A DNA stretch of 63,560 nucleotides, the filler included, from Octopus bimaculoides (Eukaryota): assembly GCF_001194135.2 (NCBI RefSeq). It is 5 parts of 5 records of this genome, joined end to end, with 100 filler letters (N's around TTAATTAATTAA, not from the genome) between each part and the next. Parts side by side here need not be neighbours in the genome. Positions count along the whole stretch, not along the records: positions 53,482 to 62,364 come from NC_068987.1; positions 62,465 to 63,560 come from NW_026358899.1; 3 more parts are not named here. One strand, written 5' to 3'. The stretch's first letter is position 1. Every line of letters begins with the position of its first letter. Position numbers and translations under genes: made by a program. The notes under the pieces were generated by a model that was not told the DNA's origin, made no database searches, and worked only from the letters and a program-made list of their open reading frames with translations. This document shows, in pieces, positions 59,101-63,560 of this stretch.

Positions 59101-61087
59101 ATTGCGTACAAACATTGCGTACAAACATTGCGTACAAACCAAATGGATGGATGGATGGATGGATGGCTTTTGTTCTTCACATATTATTGTTTTGTATATT
59201 TCAAAGCTTCGTTTCGTTTTCTTAAAAATGTAAAGAAAATTAACTAGACAGATTGAGACTTTTCACATTAAACAACAAATTTCTGTCCCATACTAGCGCT
59301 AAATTTGTCTCCCTCTTTGGATACTTTTCAAATTAAGTTTACGATTTCATCCATTTATTTACATAATCTATTCGTTTCTGTAATTTCTTTCTGCCATTCT
59401 TCTTTGTTTCATTCATTGCGTTTTATCATATTTCCCTCATCAGCGATTATTGTTTACAACAATTTATTATAAACTGTGTATCTGAAATATACATATATAC
59501 TGATGAATCAATCATGCAGAGAAATCCAGATTCCTGTAAGTACTATGTAACACCCTGTCCATTAATTGAATAATTCAGAATTATATGAAGCTGATGCCAA
59601 TTCAAACCGATCAAGTCAGGCAACAAATGAGTAAAGAAACATATGTATGGGTGAACTTCTTTCACTATAATGTTTTACAAGTAAGAGTTATTCACCAGAA
59701 TCAACGTCAAAAGAAATTTTATGTTATCAGAAAGAAACAATAGGAAATTGAGAGGCCATAATATAGACAGAAACAGCAAATAGATAAACCTCGATATATC
59801 AAATATCTACTCGGTTGGACCAAACGAATGTGATCTTTCGAAAATGGAAATAAATCTCCTCCTAGTAGTATCAAAGTACTCTGTTAACATAGCAAATTTC
59901 AGACTGAATATATTTACAAGATATATGGACGCAAATAAATTCATCCTTTCAAAACGAAAAATCCTACCAAGATTATAGATGTAGAAAGATTCCACAGGGA
60001 TCCATTTCAACCCAATATGCCATCTTCCACTTGCATTCTTCTTTAAACTCTGGATATACATTTCGCAGCAAACGCCCCGAAACCACTGTGCAGATATTAA
60101 TAATCTTATTTGCTAAAACCACCATTTATGGGATTTCTAGCAAGTTTTTTTTCACTCCTTGGAAATATAACTTTCCACTCACTCACAGCATATGCTGGAG
60201 CACATAAATTCTAGACAATTTTATACACTGAAATAAAATCTACGAAAAAAACATATTTCAGCTATCTTAATTATTGGCAATTCAAAAGAAGAAGCATCAT
60301 TCTAATTAAATGTAAGTTACTGCGCTTACAAGAGAATGTTCTATTTACTCATTTCTACAATGGTTTGTGGCGATTCAATAATCATTAGTTACGTTGCAGT
60401 ATACAAACTGAGAGTTTAAATATGGACGCAAAGAAAAGACGGAAATTCCAGTTGAGTACAAGCTAAATACAATATGCTCTATCGGAAATTTCAATCAAAA
60501 TTGAGGCCAGAAGCTATTTCGGTCACTTATTGATTCCCCCCACCACACTCTCTCATGCTTTCTCTGTTTTCCACTGTCTGAGTAACACAGATACATACGT
60601 TGCTTATATATACACACTGGCACATATATGATCATTTAAAGCAAAAAGGTGAAATTTGTGGTATAAATATATAGGAATATTTCTCATTGGTTTGGCAATG
60701 ATTACGATATAGCAGAGGTAGTGAAAATTTCTTTGGCAACAGATCGGCTCCAAACATATGAAAGTATCAATCACTACGTCTAAATACATTAAATTTTTCG
60801 ATCATTATAACACTTACCAAATTCATTATTCAGGTTTTAAAAACTTATTGGAGTTTCGCTTGTGGAACTCTTACTAACTGTTAACGATGCTTTTTACCTG
60901 TGAAACATGTTGTTAAAATGTTCAATGAGGTAAAATTTAAACCTCTTTTTTCTTTAATATTTCGATGCCTGTTATAATTTTATCTCAGTTTATTAAGTGA
61001 TAATGATTTGATTTGTTGATACGACAACAATTTTAACTGTTGATTTTTACGCCTACCTAGCACATTTAATATTTGTCGATGCGAAGT

Positions 61088-61305
61088 TGGCGAACTGGAA
61101 GGATCGTTAGCATGCCGGGAAGAATTTTTCGCTGTATTTCGTCCGTCTTAACGCTCTGACTTAATATTTCGCCGAGGTCGACTTTGCCTTTCATCCTTTC
61201 GGTGTCAATAAAAAAGGCACCAGTTGAACACTGGGATTGATGTTATAACTTAACTCACCCTAGTCCCGAACCTGCTGGCCTTGTGACAACATCTCGAAAC
61301 CAGTA
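61088..61305 (+). mobile_element. SINE family B copy, CpG-retaining
   Basis: ggcgaactggaaggatcgttagcatgccggg...ccgaggtcgactttgcctttcatcctttcggtgtc. Confidence 0.8.
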
Positions 61306-61482
61306 TTACCGTCCAATAGAATTACTTGTTAGGACATAGACGGAAAGCACGATAAACAAATGTTTATATCATTTGTTCATAAGTACATTATACTATGTTA
61401 ATTCTTTAAAAATATGCATTAGATATTCCAAGTGAAATTGGATACATAACCACAACGGATCGTCGAGGAACACAGTTTGCAA

Positions 61483-61514
<32 letters not shown>

Positions 61515-62522
61515 TGCACAGGTGTATTTATGTGTATGTGTGTTAGCACGGGTGTTTTGAATTCTATCAAAAATCTGTGTTGTGGAAGACAATTACCGGC
61601 AGTTTTGTACAACAAAATTGAACTCGAGTCAAATGATTGCCAAAAGATCTTCACCATAGCACCCTGCTTTTCAAAATGCTTTTGTGGGAACTTGGTTAAT
61701 GTCTGAGTAACACGTAATGTTAGTTTAGATAAAATGTATCTACAAAGTGAATGCGCTAAAAATATTCTTGCTGTCAATATGGCGGCTATTACATAAATTT
61801 CAAGGCAGTGGAGTGAAACCTGAAAAAATTACAAAAGCATATAATTTATGTTTTGCTGTACATTCTTTATTGGTACATATATAATAGCTTCAAACTCCGA
61901 CAGAGTCTATGCATTGTATGCCTAAATGAGTAACAGATTGTAGTTCAGTAGCATCTAACGAGATGAATACTTACAAAAACATCGGGACGCTGTCGTATAT
62001 TTGATGCTCATACAGTCATAGGAACGAATCCTTGTTGAGTCGTTTGCTCACTGTACCTAAACATCGCAGTTAAACCAATCAAGTTTACATAGTCTATATT
62101 CGTATGCTTACTATGTCACACACCTACTGTCAGGTATTTAAGTTGTCCCAGCATATATAATTGCTCAGTAGATGCCATTGTGCGTCGACGAATCTTCTTT
62201 TTACGACTATATCCTGTAACAAAATGTTTGTCAAATATAGTTTAACAACGTGTATGTGTGTGTGTGCATATATGTATATATATAATTTAATAAACACAAT
62301 ATATATTTTTTTATGAGCTACTATTATTTTGATGCGATGAAAACAGGCTCAGATGACACTTTTCNNNNNNNNNNNNNNNNNNNNNNNNNNNNNNNNNNNN
62401 NNNNNNNNTTAATTAATTAANNNNNNNNNNNNNNNNNNNNNNNNNNNNNNNNNNNNNNNNNNNNACGAGTGTAATAAATAATAAAAAAAACTACCTTTTT
62501 CTTCGGTAGAAATGTAAGAGAT

Positions 62523-62749
62523 TATTAAATTGGTTCATAATTATTGCGGCTTTGTTTTTTTTAACAAATTTTACCCAACGAAAACAGTAAACAACATGTA
62601 AGAAAAATATATTCACCATTTTGCTTCGATGACTGTTTCCCATTTGCTTTGCAGACGATGGGATTGTCGTTTAAAAATGCTTCAGTTAAATATTAAATAT
62701 TGCTTTTACTGAATAAAATTTGTTGAAATAATTATGTCCCAACCTAATA
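62523..62749. mobile_element. Mariner-type MITE
   Basis: TIRs TATTAAATTGGTTCATAATTAT and ATAATTATGTCCCAACCTAATA. Confidence 0.65.
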
Positions 62750-63560
62750 AAACATCAAAAAGTGTCCAGTATTGACATTGTGTGTGGTTTAATGGTTTAA
62801 TTGTAAAACCAGTCTGTGTCTATATGAATGTTAAGGCGTTATATATATAATCAATGTTGGAGGATTTTGCTTTCTAAATTAACTTAATTAATTAAATATT
62901 TGAGTGAATTCTCTTCTGTTTATATGTGTGAGTTATTTCTTCAAATGACCGGACTTGCTTTTCACTGTTTTCTTTAAAAACAATTGACGATGTTCAACAG
63001 AAACTTTCGGCGAAGTCTTCTTGTCCACCATAAGAGGAGAAATGAGAGAGAAAGCACACGACAGATTGAGCAGAAGCGCATGCGCATACGTGTGCGCGCG
63101 TGCATGAATGCGTATGTCGTTGTGCGTGTGTGGGGGTGTCTGTATGCATATATGAATGTCTTTCTGTATGTGTGTGTGTCTGAAAATGTGTATGTATATA
63201 CATCTGTACATATACATGTTTATGACTGCGTTAATGTCTTTATGTATGTATGTATGTATGTATGTATATGACTGTTAGTCTATCTGTCTGTGTGTATATG
63301 TTTGAATGTGTGTGTGTCTGTGCATGTATATTCGTATGTGGGAGTAGATCTGAATGTGTGTGCATATGAGTGTATTTATGGCGCTGTGAATGCGCTTGTA
63401 TGATAAAACGAGTGTGTCTGAGTCAAGAGGGACAGACATAGACTTTCGGAATCGTTGTCAAACAGAAATTTAAATTCCACCATTCGATGTTTTTTTGGGT
63501 TTTTTTAAAATTTCCCCACATTTCAATACCTTTGGGGATGGCCATTTTGATTAAGAGATT

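Noticed and set aside
59098-59165. 13-bp tandem repeat (AACATTGCGTACA)x3 plus (GGAT)n
   Set aside because: Local slippage at the broken end of a mariner fragment.
59495-59540. CTGATGA...GAAA in HHR order
   Set aside because: Stem I cannot pair and stem II is only 2 bp.

Overview
AT-rich, microsatellite- and transposon-dense animal genomic DNA from a draft scaffold with many N gaps. The repeat families and intron style look like a coleoid cephalopod, probably Octopus; this is an inference from pattern recognition, not a database result. The only host gene I can support is the 5' half of RTCB (tRNA-splicing ligase) on the minus strand: seven coding exons between 13715 and 839, all GT-AG and phase-consistent, with catalytic motifs intact. 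The remaining exons lie left of the window and the first, non-coding exon is not located. The rest is mostly decayed RTE, R4/Dong-type, CR1-group, L1/Tx1 and Penelope-like retroelements, several tRNA-derived SINE families, mariner/Tigger fragments and MITEs, and a probable Helitron end. The most notable signal is a set of minimal type-I hammerhead ribozyme (HHR) motifs from at least two unrelated repeat families. One structurally intact HHR lies at 41751-41796(-). A related, TSD-flanked element at 30556-30942 fuses a tRNA-like Pol III head to the HHR and has Penelope-style inverted arms. A second family forms a ~165 bp palindrome with two HHRs at 37851-38015. Together these suggest retrozyme-like or Penelope-dependent SINE systems. 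Most ORF-track entries are microsatellite, gap or transposon artefacts.
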